Assembly: GCA_951406725.2 (NCBI GenBank)
Contig: OX597818.1
Location: 9,424,001 to 9,488,000, forward strand
Reading direction: 5' to 3'
Length of the DNA stretch: 64,000 nt
Source of the DNA: Octopus vulgaris
Taxonomy: Eukaryota
Shown here: piece by piece, positions 1 through 12,977 of the stretch
Layout: the number at the start of each line of letters is the position of its first letter
Position numbering within the stretch: position 1 is the first letter of the stretch
The notes under the pieces: model-generated
What the model saw: only the letters and a program-made list of their open reading frames with translations
What the model was told of the DNA's origin: nothing
Database searches by the model: none
Program-made: the position numbers and the translations under genes

Positions 1-532
1 TCTGACTAGGAGTGGTGATGTTGAATAATGTATCGTGTATAGGAGGAAATGGGTAAGAGAGTGAGAAACTTTTGCAAATGAGACAAAATAAAACAAGGAT
101 CTTGTTACGTTGCATGTCACTGTGCTCTGGGGACGAAGAGCAGCGCGAAGTAGTAGATGTGTTAGCCTTTCAGTGATTGCAGAATAATATATAAGATAAC
201 GGCTTAAAAAAAAAATAAAATTAGGCAATGAGTAACAAATTATCTTAAAATTGATATAAATGCGTCTACATATCTGTTTGTGTGCACGTGTATGTGTATT
301 AGTGTGTGGTTGTGTATATTGTGCTTTTGTGTACATTATAAACATTATGACAGCACACGTTAAATCCACTGAGTTGTCAAAAGTTGTTTTGTTTACATTT
401 TGAAAATGTTTGCACCCCTGCGGAAATAATTGTCATGATGGTTTGAGTACGGGATACGCTCTGTCTCCTTTCCAAAGCTTCTCTTTTGTATTATTTTGTT
501 TAATTTTCCAATGCGGCTAAATTAGTTTTACC

Positions 533-790
533 TAGAGGTGTTGTCTTATGATATGGACACCCAAAGAATTGCTCTGACACCTCAGGGGTCCAGGGGCCCA
601 ATTTTGATCTGTGTGTGCCCTGATTTCCTATCAATACATAAATTATTTCAGGGCACTGTGTCAAGAGTTATCATGGATCTAGGGACCCTACTTGGTCTAT
701 GTATGCTGTAGTTTTCTATCAATGAATGTATACTATAGGTCTTAGAGCACTGATTTCACCAGGGCCTATACCGCTGCTAAGAAAGCTCTG
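533..790. mobile_element. Degenerate hAT-like MITE remnant
   Basis: Right end GGCCTATACCGCTGCTAAGAAAGCTCTG resembles (as reverse complement) CAGGGCCGTCTTAA-type hAT termini; internal GGGCCC/GGGACCC motifs. Heavily decayed. Confidence 0.3.
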
Positions 791-1399
791 GAACTAGTGG
801 ATACAGGAAACGTACCTGTACGCCCACCACCTTCATCGTTTATTAAATCAGCTACCACTTCCGTTAAAGAGGAATATTACTTGACTGCCATTGAAAACAA
901 GCCCAAAGACACATCCTACTATGTCGTACAAAGTATAAATATGTACTGCAACAATATTAACAACAAAACCAATTTTTATGACAACAACAAGAACGAAAAC
1001 AACAACAGCAGGAAGAACAACGGTAGGAACCACTACAGTAACAGCACCAAGGGATTTATTACCACGAACTCAAAGTCAAGTTCATCGTTTATTAGTGCAA
1101 TGCTAACTTGGATTGTCTAATAGTGGAAGACGACATGCAGTTCAATCTGAAATTGTGATATTTCTTAACCAGGAGAAACTTAATCCTGCTTTTCCCGGGA
1201 AGAGAAAGGAAAAAAATAAGAACTGTTAATTCTCAATGCATGAGCAGAAAGAAACGGAAGAGTTGACGACCCGACACTAGCAAAACAGAGAAGTGCTTAA
1301 AGGATCCGTGGGAATCAGTATATCACTTCAAAAGCGAAAGGCAGAATAGGGCCGTAGAAGCACTCTACCATGACGTAGAAAAGACAATAAGATATTCAT

Positions 1400-1685
1400 T
1401 ATAGAGTAAAATCTATTTGCCAACGTAAAATGTCAGTCCTGATTAGAAAGGTATTACTACATTTTTAGCACTACGAAAACATATTTTACAGCTGGCTATC
1501 GAAGAACAACTGCGTCTTTATACCTCGAACAAAGGAGCTAAAGTCCGCACTTCTGCGAGATATAAGGACGCAGTTGTACGTCGATAGCCAGCTGGAAAAG
1601 ATGTTTTCCTGGGGCTAAAAAAGGTAGTAACATCGTCCTAAATATGACTGCCACTTTGCGTTGCAAAATCATACTTTGCCCTGTA
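1400..1685. repeat. Fold-back inverted repeat (about 128-bp arms, about 28-nt spacer)
   Basis: 1476-1527 GAAAACATATTTTACAGCTGGCTATCGAAGAACAACTGCGTCTTTATACCTCG matches the reverse complement of 1556-1608; pairing continues out to about 1400/1685. Confidence 0.8.
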
Positions 1686-2294
1686 GTACTCTTACTACTT
1701 ATTTCTCGCTCAGAGATTTAAAACTAATTGCTTTTTTCCTTATATTCTTTAAAATTTCTCACATTTTCGTTTATCTCTAAGGGTTATGTTTGACGCCTGT
1801 AAACCTCATCTAATTTTGCTTTCAAGGCTTTGATAAATTAATCTTAAAACTCCTTCTTGTAATCATTTTTATTGTACCATTTTAGATAACCCTTTAAAAT
1901 GAAACCAGATTTCAGGTCTTCTACTTATCTACATCTGACTTTTAAATTTCGGATGATATTTATGTAATCACTATGCAGTTAAAACAGAAAGATATTGTGA
2001 ATAAATAATTGGATATTATAGTTTCGTCTCTGACACTATGTATCCGCACTTTAAAAATAATTTTACCCTCCAAACCTTTAAAATGGAGTATGTGAAATAA
2101 AACTAAATTCCTCCTTGGAATCTGTTTTGGAATGCAATGGAGTAGAGGGAAATCTAATGGACTAGCTATGTATATTTCAGTGTAATAGACATTTCATATA
2201 CGCATACACACACATACAAACACACACAAACACACAGGCACATTATATATATGCATGTGTGAGGGTGTCTGTGTGTGAGTGTGAATTTTTATTT

Positions 2295-2500
2295 TTGTTT
2301 GTCCAGCTCATTGAACTGCACCACGCTGGGGTTAACTTGAATGGATTTAGTCCAACAAATCGATCACAATGCTACTTTTAAGCTTGATATTTATCATTGA
2401 TATTGCTAAAGCACTAAGTTGCGAGACAGAAACAAACCTACAACGGTTGCCAAGTGGAGATCAACCACAATCACAGGCACAGACACATATCCATCCACAT
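2295..2500 (-). mobile_element. Degenerate SINE family A, 3' part
   Basis: Reverse complement resembles the CCAGCATGGCCGCAGTCAAATGACTGAAACAAG tail and body of the 10401 SINE. Confidence 0.55.
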
Positions 2501-3143
2501 GCATAAGTGTGTGTGTGTGTGTGGTTGGGTGTGTGTGTGTTTTTGGAACACGATTCAACCAGTTCCCATACAGTTGATATTGAACTTCACGCCACATACA
2601 CTCAAGTGGAATTCACAGAAGAAACCGTGCCATATGTTAAGGGATCTAAAAAAATTCAAGATATGCGTAGCTCAAATATCGCAGATCCTTTTTAGGTCTA
2701 AGAATTCAGCTGCACTACTAAATTCCAGATGAGGAATTTTCAGAAAATGCAAACACGTAAACAAGTTTCTCTTGACAAATTAGAGAACAAAACCCTATTC
2801 AGATTAAGTAGTTGTATCACAGATGTTAGACCTCTTCTGTTGCATGTACACCAAGTGGTTTTATGGATTTACAGTCAAGAGGCACTTGATTCTAATTTTT
2901 TTTCTTCTTTTTTCCATTTATTTTCACGCTTCTACTTATTACAACTACTTTCCCTCATTTTTTTATCATGATTTCTCTCGTTCTACTGTCCTAATTTGTA
3001 ATTTGTATAGACCATCTGCTCAGGGCCAGGAGATTGCAAGACCTCACTAGGGGTGTTATGAAAACTTGCTGAGATATAATTTTATCATCTCTAATGTATG
3101 AGACTATGGGTAGCTCATAACTGTATACTGTCTTCATTAAACA

Positions 3144-3183
<40 letters not shown>

Positions 3184-3536
3184 TTATGTGTTTCCACACA
3201 CAGACACATACACGCTTCTATACACATACATATACGCATATAAGCGTGTACATGTGTGTGTATATAAGTGCGCGCGTGTGTGTGTATTTATATACACAAA
3301 GATTGAGAGATGACTATGTTGTTAGCTGTCGCGCACAGATATTTTGCACGTATGCCACAAATACTGGTTAAGATTCAATCACTCATTAATTAATTAGTGG
3401 ACATAACAATGAGTTGTCTAAAAATAGCTACTACTGCAAAATCGTATCATTTTGTGCAAGGGCCATCTCAACCTTCATTATATTTAACTCATTCGAATCG
3501 ATTGCCAATGAAAACCCGTTCCTAGAATTATATATG

Positions 3537-3593
<57 letters not shown>

Positions 3594-3624
3594 CCATGAT
3601 TGACCACTAAATACACAAGTTTTT

Positions 3625-3790
3625 TTTTTATTCTCTCTCTGTATATTTCCACGCGGTCCTTTCTGTTAAAGAGCGTAGGCTCGAAACATAAAAAAATTTC
3701 TCACCTTCCCGAGCGTCAAACTAATACACCTGCTTGTTGTGTTTATATACCTGTCTACGTCTATTGTTTTTCTGTAAATTTCGACTATAT
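3625..3790 (+). mobile_element. Short non-coding repeat carrying a degenerate minimal hammerhead (GAGC-stem family)
   Basis: CTGTTAA-A-GAGC-GTAG-GCTC-GAAA-CATA at 3663-3690 followed by CCTTCCCGAGCGTCAAACTAATACACCTGC; homologous to 8860-9032 and 63878-63972; flanked by (TA)n. Confidence 0.7.
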
Positions 3791-3840
3791 ATCTATAACT
3801 AATTAAAGAAACAGAAAATGGAATTCGTGAGATTCTTTAT

Positions 3841-3950
3841 AGATCACAAAGATCGTTTCGACCCATCTTGCATCGATCGATCTCGAGTGGGATACTACAA
3901 AACTTGTTATAGTATGTCCTTCGGTGCAGATGTATTTCGTCTGGTAACCT
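3841..3950 (-). ncRNA. Hammerhead ribozyme relic (type I, long stem II)
   Basis: Minus strand: stem I AGGTTAC/GTGATCT (7 bp with wobbles), core CAGACGA (U4>A), about 75-nt stem II hairpin (CATCTGCACCGA/TCGATGCAAGATG; ATACTATAA/TTGTAGTAT), GAAA, stem III ACGATCtT (one change from the palindrome ACGATCGT). Confidence 0.65.
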
Positions 3951-4695
3951 TTCAAAAGTTACCTCGTTGAATACACTCTGTTCCGCTTGGTTCGATTATG
4001 CAGCATATCGTTATATGCCTGTAGGTAGTTGCCTGTGTGTGCGCGCGCGCGTGTGAGTGGGTGTGTGTGAGTAAGTATGCGTGGGCAAATAGGGAGAGAT
4101 GTCTTTAACCATGTATTTATGCGCGTAGAGTGGCCACATCTGTGTGTGCTCGCATGTATATCAATTATGAATTTTGCAAGAAGCTAGTTCCCTCGTAGTA
4201 GGTGAATGTCCGGATGAGAAATGAAATTACAGCTGCCCAGTGTAGTTCATAAGAATTTGATAAGCTTGGAGTAGAATTGTCAAAAATTATTAACAATATG
4301 TCTGTCATTCTGTCCCACTACTGCAAATATTATGCAGAGTGTGTTTACTCTAAAGACGGCCTTGTTATCCGCTCCTTTCACAATCACTTAAATTAGAAAT
4401 ACATTCATGTAATTGATGAAGATAATTTAAAGCAAGTATAGATAATAGATGAAATCATCTATTAATATTTTTTTATTACACTATATAATAATATGATGGA
4501 TAATCATGCATTAATGATGACATTCTCATAAATCTTTTAGATTCCAATTATGTCGTCAGTGTGTAGTTTGTGGCTCCTTTGTGGGCTGATAATCGAGGGG
4601 TTACAGAAGCAAATATTACAGTGAGAGATTTACTGTCACTATCATTTATGTAATGTAGACATCAAAGTAAGAGAGGAAAGGTGAAAGACAGGATA

Positions 4696-4742
<47 letters not shown>

Positions 4743-6211
4743 CATCTGTATTAATTTGAATTAATGTACATTTACATTTACTTTAATACGTTAATGTACT
4801 TAATACGGTAACATATTTAATCTGTTTCAATAGCATAATATTGATGCTATTAAACGTTGTAGTTTAAGGTCATAACTCTCTGATTTATATCATAAAACTT
4901 TATTGCTCTTCACTATTTATGTTAATAAATGTCAGTACTAAAACTGAGACAAATCTTGTGTCGGCATTTTTTAAAACTTAATACAAGCAGATCTAGCCTG
5001 GCATACTAGCAAATACAACGAATGCTATAAGAATCACACTTTGCAGTATCATGCACTTCAAAGAAAGCCAGCAGTTTTTTTTTTTAATATTGTTTTTTAA
5101 ATATATAAACTAATTCAAACGATCTTATGCGAAACCTAATCATGCAATTTATCATGAAATATATTTATGCAATTTATCGTTCAACATTTAATATTACTTT
5201 ATTTCTCTTCCGTTTTGTAATGTACATATCCTCGTCACTAAAGGGCTTCAGAAGTATATTAGTGATATTTGTCGTTCCTTTTTGCTAAGAGATGAGGCGA
5301 TATCGCTCAAACCCGCTTTTTTAAGTAGAAATAGATTATCTGAATGGTCTCCAATAACACATCACATACAGCGGCGTACAAGAGAAAGTAAGAGAGCTAA
5401 GAATCGTGTCTACTGCTAAAATGCTACTATTTCGACTTTATTGGAATTAAGAAAACCAAAGTCGAACTTCATGGAGACTTCAGTATGCAGAGAACAAATA
5501 ACTCACAGCTTCTATCTCACACCGTTTCAACTAATTCCACTCCATTTAATATACAATTTCTTATAATTTAAATTGGTATTTCATCAGTTGGACAACGCTT
5601 CTTATAATTTAAATAGGTATTTCATAAGTTGGACATATGTAGAAGATTTAATTGAGTGATTTAGTATCAGTACGTTTACTATTAATCCTTTTATCATCTT
5701 TGAACGAATGAAAAGCAAACACGAGTGGTGTGGGAAATGAATTCAGGCTTTGATGATAATTATTCAAGATGAATGTTTTGAAGTTGCATATTCCTGACAC
5801 CTGGCAATGTTATCTACAATAAGGATGTCTGGAAGATAGCCAGAAATTATATTCCATTATATTTACCAATGTGCTTAACTGGTATTTCATTTTCTCAACC
5901 TAGATGGAGGAAATACAAAGCTGATATCAGTTGCAGAATTTGAAGTAGGTACCTGAAGAGACGATCCTAAATATACAAAACACGAAATTTACATCAGGTA
6001 TTTCGACGACTCTGACAGTCACAATGTTTGTTCCATATAACACGGAAAAGGTTGATATGATTGCAGCAAATAAAAATCAATCAGTGAAGAAGTGAATTTG
6101 CAAAATACATATCTTGTCTACATTTTTACACCAGTTATTCATTTATTTGGGTGATATGCCGAATTTTGTAAAGTAGTAATGTATGTTTAAGAATACAGTT
6201 AATTACTAGGT

Positions 6212-6520
6212 GGAGGCGCGTGGCTTAGCAGTAGCTTAGTGATTAGAGGTATTCGGTTCGCGATCGTAATATCGTAAGCTCGATTCCCGGCGGCACCTTG
6301 TGTTCTTGTTCCAGTCTACTCCGTCGAAGAAAATGAGTAGTACCTGTATTTCAAAAGACCAGGCTTGGCACTTTCTATGTTAGGCTGAATCTCCATAAGA
6401 ACTAAATTAAGGGCCCGCGTATTTGTGGAGTTCTCAGATACTTGCATTAATTTCACGGGCATGCTGCTCTGTTGATGAGATCAACTGAAACACTCATTGT
6501 TGTAACCGATGGAATGCTAG
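6212..6520 (+). mobile_element. tRNA-derived SINE family C
   Basis: Head GGAGGCGCGTGGCTTAG (A-box-like) and GCTCGATTCCC (B-box-like); 3' tail TTAATTTCACG...GATCAACTG...GTAACCGA shared with 56925-57020 and 57786-57825. Confidence 0.7.
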
Positions 6521-7740
6521 TTAGTAAATTTCTATAGAGAAGTTTTTCCCCTGCTTCTAAGTATGAAGGGGATTTTGGAATCTTAGGGATTATCGTATCC
6601 ATGGAAGTCCAAATGAAAATATAAACATACTCATAGAAAAATTATTACATGTCAATATAACCGAGTATATCATTTAACGCAAATATGATCAGAAAACACA
6701 ATTACTTAAGAAAGATCTTAGATTACACTTCAAAACGGACCGTTTGAAAACAAGAATAATAGCTATATCGTGGGACCAAATGTTATCGCGACTTTGAATA
6801 TCACCTCCTTAAGTATTCTTGATCAGTTTCAAAGGAAATTTTATTAGCATCATCATCGTCTTCATCGCTTCTCTCTTTACACGTCTCTTTCTTTAAGTCA
6901 TTTCAATGAGAAAGTCAACTTGTAAGACAACAAATGCCGGTTTATCCTGAAAACTTATACCACATAAAATTCGATTGAGAGTGCAATAATCAATTGGATC
7001 TTTATCACAAATTCCCTTAGCCTCCACATTGAAAAAAATTATTTTTGTATAAGTTCGATTGATCAGAAGCCAGTCGCTGCTGGTTTCATACTAATGGCAT
7101 CAGTCTTTTAAGAAACATTAAAGCAGAGTTATTCTAGGAATAACAGAAACGTTTACAAAAACGTCTGGCAAAAAAATAAAAAAAACATTTCAGGAATGAC
7201 TTGTCAGCAATCAAATAGACCTCTACATAAATTTCAGGTTTGCTAGAAAGAGCAGAACATTTTCCCTCAAATCACACTGGAATGTATTAAATAAGAATAA
7301 GTCACATTAGAGAACAGAAACCTCCACAGCCTTATATAAAGACTACTCTCGTGTGAAATGCTTTTGTTGATAGTCTTGCCAAAATAGAGCTGACTAGGGA
7401 CTAAGAAACTCCATTTACAACACCATCAATAGCAACAGCAACAACAATAAGAACTACAGATACAGGTTATTACTTATTAGATTCCATTCATCCTTATTCT
7501 GCTGACTCCCAAATTTCCTGTCAATCCCGTTGCAGTATCTATCTAAATACACCAAGTTTAATTTGCTTCAATGTATCTTATACGACACACTTCACTCTTT
7601 TTATTTAAATTGTGAACATGATTGCTGATAGCTTTAACTATCCACGCTCCAGTTAAGATGCAATATCACTTTAGTTGTAACCCACCAAACAAGCATCATA
7701 TTTGCATGCAACCTAGATATTTACCCTTGTGAGTGCTTAC

Positions 7741-7743
7741 CTT
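7741..7743 (-). other. Candidate 3-nt micro-exon (AAG)
   Basis: Minus strand ttctactcatag|AAG|gtaagc, with TGCATG (Rbfox-type motif) about 30 nt downstream; polypyrimidine tract only moderate. Confidence 0.2.
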
Positions 7744-8402
7744 CTATGAGTAGAATATTGGAGATCATTAATGTATCAAACAAAAAGGAGTGAATGAACA
7801 AACAACATATACTACACAGAATCACTATACATGTCAATATAGCATAGATATAACTAAAGGATATATTTTTTGCACATAAAGGCCTAATACTACCTACAAA
7901 CGCTAGACCTGGCAATTATCGAAAACATTACATGGGCAACGGACATCAAATTTATAAATACAATGCTAAATCATATGATTAGAGGAAGCTATATATTTTT
8001 TTTATATACATAGCACACATAAAATTGGTTGTTGAAGATGGAACTGATTCTTTGGGAAAAGAAGAGACACCCATTTTCATCAGTTGCATACAATTCCTAA
8101 GTACATTGTTCATTTGATTATTGTTCAAGAATATAAAATCAGCGGCTAGGTGTGTGTTTTTTACCTTGGGCTTCAGGAACCACAAGTACTTATCCTGCAA
8201 CCATTCAGCGCAAACATTATAAGAGATATAAAGTGGAATGATAGAGAGCTGAATTTTTAGTGCTTCTAAAGACCAGGGTTTAATTCATTCCTGCAAGTTT
8301 CAGCTGAAGTAATTAATTGTATACTCAATGTTACTCAGTCATTTGGCATTATTTCTTCCGTTCCTTTTCAGTGAAATATATATATATATGTACACGCATG
8401 TA

Positions 8403-8438
<36 letters not shown>

Positions 8439-8555
8439 TACATAAATATATTTATAAACAGATAAGTAAAGAGAGACAGAGAGATGAATAGATACGTAAG
8501 TAGATACGAACGCGATGTATATATACATACATTAACACACACGTACACATACAGG

Positions 8556-8602
<47 letters not shown>

Positions 8603-8859
8603 TATGTGTGTGAGTGTATGCGTGTGTATGTGTGTGTGCGTGTGTGTGTGTGTGTGTGTAAGCCCACATAATTTTAACCTCACCTACAGATACATTCACA
8701 CGCACTCGCCTCCCACATAAACACTCACACATGCCATTCTTACATATACACACATGTTCGTGCAGCCTAGTTTGGCAGAGTCACTGTTATTCCCTCGCTT
8801 TCATTCAGCCACTTTCTTCCGGTCATTTCATTATGTTGAACCGTTGTTCACCCCACATT

Positions 8860-9032
8860 CTTTTCTCTCTCCATTCTTTCTCTTTCGCTCTGCATTTTGT
8901 TCCTCTCAGCCTTTTCCGTCGAACAGCGTCGGCTCCAACCCTCAAAGATTTTACTAGTCTTCCTGAGCGTCAAGCTAACACACCTGCTTATTGTAAGCAC
9001 ACCAGTCTCCGCATTCTATAAATCTGAACTCT
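8860..9032 (+). mobile_element. Degenerate copy of the GAGC-stem hammerhead repeat
   Basis: CCGTCGA-A-CAGC-GTCG-GCTC-CAAC at 8916-8939, then CTTCCTGAGCGTCAAGCTAACACACCTGC as in 3625-3790. Confidence 0.6.
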
Positions 9033-9040
9033 ATATACTA

Positions 9041-10317
9041 CGAGGGGCGTTCAATAAGTAATGCCCCTGACCCTCTTCCCATAGCAGTAGAGCAACGAAA
9101 CTTGGCACAATTATTAGTCTTTTTCTACATAGGAACCACCCAGAGTTACGCATTTCTCCCATTGTTTGATGCAGCTCTGAAAACCGTTTTTGTAGAAGAC
9201 CCCAGCTTGGTCCTCCAACCTGAACGTGACTTCAGAAATTAAGGCTGCATCATCTGGGAAACGCTTTCCTTTCAAAAAGAACTTCATGACTGGGAAGAAG
9301 TGAAAATCAGAGGGTGCAAGGTCAGGAAAGTAGGGGGATGGGGGAAGAGTTCATAGCCATACGCCTGTGCTTCTGATCTGGCGACAAGCGAGTTGTGGAC
9401 CGGAGCGTTGTTCTGCAGGAGGAGGATGCCTTTGCTGATCTTGCCCCGCCTCTTGATTTTGATAACTTCTCTTAATTTCTTCAAAAGTGAAGCATAATAG
9501 AGTCCCGCAATTGTGGGACCCTTTGCCAGGAAATCTGTCATCACTACTCCGTCCTGGTCCCAGAAGACTGTGAGCATGACCTTGCCAGCTGAGGGCTGCA
9601 CCCTTGCCTTCTTTGGAGGGGGTGAGTCACGGTGCTTCCACTGCATTGACTGGGCTTTGGTCTCTGGATCATCGTGATGGACCCAGGTTTCATCCTGTGT
9701 AATCAGTCTTTTGAAAAATGTTGGCACATCTCCAAATTCACCCTCGAGCACTCGACGCGTTCTTGCTTCTGGAAAGGAGTGAGCAACCTGGGAATCCATC
9801 TGGCAGACACCTTTTGCATATGCAAATGGTCATGAATGATAGTTTCCACAGACCCGGTACTAATCTTGACCTCATGGGCTATTTGGCGAATAATTATGCG
9901 TCGATCTTCCAAAATGGCAGCCTCAACTTGACGGACAGATGCCTCATCAATGGCAGAAGGGGCGACCAGATCTGGGAGCTGTTTCCACAGAGGTCTGACC
10001 ATGTTTGAATTCACGATGCCAGCGTTTTACAAGGTCATATGCTGGGGCATCATCACCATAAGTTACTTTCATTTCATCAAAAGTCTCCCGTGGTGTGCGT
10101 CCTTTCAAATACAAAAATCGGATCACTGCTCGACACTCAACAGGCTCCATTTCACACTTGACTCGGTTCAAACACCTGTAAATCAGAAACCACAATTAAT
10201 TCAAAGCTGTAATTTGCCACTTACTCTACAGAGATATAAATGATTGCACATGCAAAATTTCAGCTAGATCAAACAACTGCAAGTGGGTCAGAGGCATTAC
10301 TTATTGAACGTCCCTCG
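9041..10317 (-). mobile_element. Full-length mariner transposon (irritans-like subfamily), inactive
   Basis: 33-bp TIRs CGAGGGGCGTTCAATAAGTAATGCCCCTGACCC (2 mismatches between ends), TA on both sides, 1277 bp. Confidence 0.95.
9114..10150 (-). pseudogene. Frameshifted mariner transposase
   Basis: Fragments MEPVECRAVIRFLYLKG...RSGRP, WIPRLL (WVPHEL-type linker), LITQDETWVHH, KVMLTVFWD, LLQNNAPVH (second catalytic D>N), HPP; split over at least three frames. Confidence 0.92.
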
Positions 10318-10339
10318 TATATATACACACACACACACG

Positions 10340-10400
<61 letters not shown>

Positions 10401-10401
<1 letters not shown>

Positions 10402-10566
10402 GCGCAGGTGTGGCTGTGTGGTAAGTAGTTTGATTACCAACCATATGGTTATGGGTTCAGTCCCACTTCGTGGCACTTTGGGCAAGTCTCTTCTTACTAT
10501 AGCCTCGAGCCGACCAAAGCCTTGTGAGTGGATTTGATAGACGGAAACTCAAAGAAGCCCGCCGTA

Positions 10567-10619
<53 letters not shown>

Positions 10620-10823
10620 ATGTGTATGATTGTGTGTCTGTGTTTGTCTCCCTAGCATTGCTTGACAACCGATGCTGGTGTGTTTATGTCCCCGTCAATT
10701 AGCGGTTCGGCAAAAGTGACCGATAGAATAAGTACTGAGCTTACAAAGGGTCGATTTGCTCGACTAAAGGCTGTGCTACAGCATGGCCGCAGTCAAATGA
10801 CTGAAACAAGAAAAGAATAAAAG
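10401..10823 (+). mobile_element. tRNA-derived SINE family A with internal (TA)n(TG)n
   Basis: Head GGCGCAGGTGTGGCTGTGTGGTAAG and GGTTCAGTCCC, body ACGGAAACT-AAAGAAGCCCG, tail CAGCATGGCCGCAGTCAAATGACTGAAACAAG; several copies in the window. Confidence 0.88.
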
Positions 10824-10827
10824 GAGA

Positions 10828-10871
<44 letters not shown>

Positions 10872-10874
<3 letters not shown>

Positions 10875-11475
10875 GGGTGGCTAATTCGCAATTTTACAGC
10901 CTAAGGGCAGAAATATAAACGTCACTAAACTGAACAAAGGACACTAATCATCACTAGTATTGCTAGAAATAAGAGTCAATACAACTCAATGGTCACAGAA
11001 GCTCTATATTGATGAGCTGACAAGGGGGACAAGCTCTCTACCGTTGCAGATACAGCCAGATTATCGATACTTCTGTAGTTAAGATTTTTCTTTTAACTCT
11101 TATTTCTTGTAACGGTGGTGCTTATTAACGCCCTTTGTTCACTTTACTGACGAATATATTACTGCATTTAGGTTGTAAAATTGGGAAATAGCCACACATA
11201 TGAATCATAATTTTCGCTTTAACCGTTTGTGAAATCAGCATATGATTTCAACAGATATCTTATAAGCTGACAAAGCGTGATGGGGTTAACCCTAGGCAAG
11301 GTTAGAGCCACCGATGAGTATTGAGATGGGTTTACCATCAAAATGCGAAAAAATCGATGATCTGCATCAGCTCATTAAAATAGAAGTTTTTGTAGCTATT
11401 GAGTTGTTTTGATTCTTAATTCTAGCAATAGTGGTACTCATTAGTGCCCTATGTTCACTTTAGTGACGTACGTAT
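10872..11475. repeat. Three-arm inverted-repeat element
   Basis: 10872-10980 is the reverse complement of 11095-11200; 10915-11020 is also the reverse complement of 11365-11470. Confidence 0.75.
11305..11365 (+). ncRNA. Candidate degenerate hammerhead
   Basis: CCGATGA (U4>C) at 11311, stem II GTATT-GA-GATGG-gttta-CCATC-AA-AATGC, GAAA at 11347, palindromic ATCGAT then ATC; stems I and III weak. Confidence 0.35.
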
Positions 11476-11491
11476 GTCTAACTTTAGCTTT

Positions 11492-11533
<42 letters not shown>

Positions 11534-12161
11534 TGCGTGTGTAGTTGTTTATGTGTAAACTAATGTATGTGTAAACTAATTTTTTGATTAGCAGAACAAA
11601 CTACATCTTAAGTTTGAATGTTGAGAAGGTACACAGTATTCCACTCGCACCTGTATCTATAGCAAACCAGAGTGAATCAGTGTGATACAGAATGTAATGA
11701 TGAATACGTTCTTTTAGAATCTATGTTATCAAATCAATGATGTTTCTCATGTGTTTAGCTTGCATCGTAATACTTAGCTTGTATATGTTCGTTCTAGTCT
11801 GCAAATATACGGATGTTTGGTGGATTAGTTAAAGGATTTTAATATACTTATCTAATATGTTTTAGAAGGAATTCTAGAAATATTACTGTTTTTATCAGAT
11901 AATTCAGGTCAGATACGAAGAGTTTAATATTTTTTTTCTTTGTGGGAGGAACTTTAGCGATTGAAATACGTTGATGTTTGCAGATGTCATGGTAATCCTT
12001 TTCTCGTAAAGAAATAAAATCTAACGCTCATGCGAGATTGCTCCTTTCATCATATCGATAAGACTTATGGTATAAAGGTTTCTGGGTGTTATATATATTT
12101 GTTTATTTCTCAAGAAATGGAGAGGATCTACTTATTCTCACACATCATAGTGTGAGTACAC

Positions 12162-12201
<40 letters not shown>

Positions 12202-12334
12202 GCAGGATAGAGCAGTAATAATACGCTGAAGAGCACATAAGCCTACAGCAAACAATGATGTATACCCACCAATTGTACATAGACCAACTTGAGCCTGGGG
12301 AAGTGTGATTGCAGCTATACGGAAAAAATGTATT

Positions 12335-12395
<61 letters not shown>

Positions 12396-12844
12396 CACAC
12401 TAACACATTCTCTCTCTCCCACAAGCACACATATATATAAGAGAGAGAGAGTGAAACCAATCTGTATATCATTTTTAATGTGGATATACTAAAGAAAGAA
12501 ACGATACTGTGGCATTCATCCTCACAAAGCATCTTGTGCAGACATATAACGTATAGTGCTACGAGACACAAAAGAATTATTAACTGTGGTGAAATAGCTA
12601 CTGATAATATGGTCTTCTTTAGCACTATACGTCAATAAGAGATGCTTTCTCAAAACGAGTATCGTAGTATTGCGGTTTTCTTACAGTATATCCACCTTAA
12701 GTAAGATATACACATTTCTGCTCTGAACCAATACTGCTTCAGTTCCTAATAACGAATCCGTTCGTACATATAAGTCTGCGTGTGTGCATGCACAGAGAGA
12801 TATATATAGAGAGAGATAGTGATGAATAAAGGTAGAGGAGGTTA

Positions 12845-12977
<133 letters not shown>

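Noticed and set aside
797-1120. 107-aa ORF
   Set aside because: GTG start, Asn-rich from (AAC)n-like sequence, no domain or clear splice context.
1258-1370. TTGACGA...GAAAGGC...GCCGTA hammerhead-like pair
   Set aside because: Stem I not adjacent to the core and stem II not evident.
5557-5636. About 38-bp tandem duplication (similar ones at 37041-37090 and 45541-45630)
   Set aside because: Ordinary local slippage duplications with no further structure.
6212-6290. tRNA gene
   Set aside because: tRNA-like SINE head without a complete cloverleaf; the same applies to the other SINE heads.
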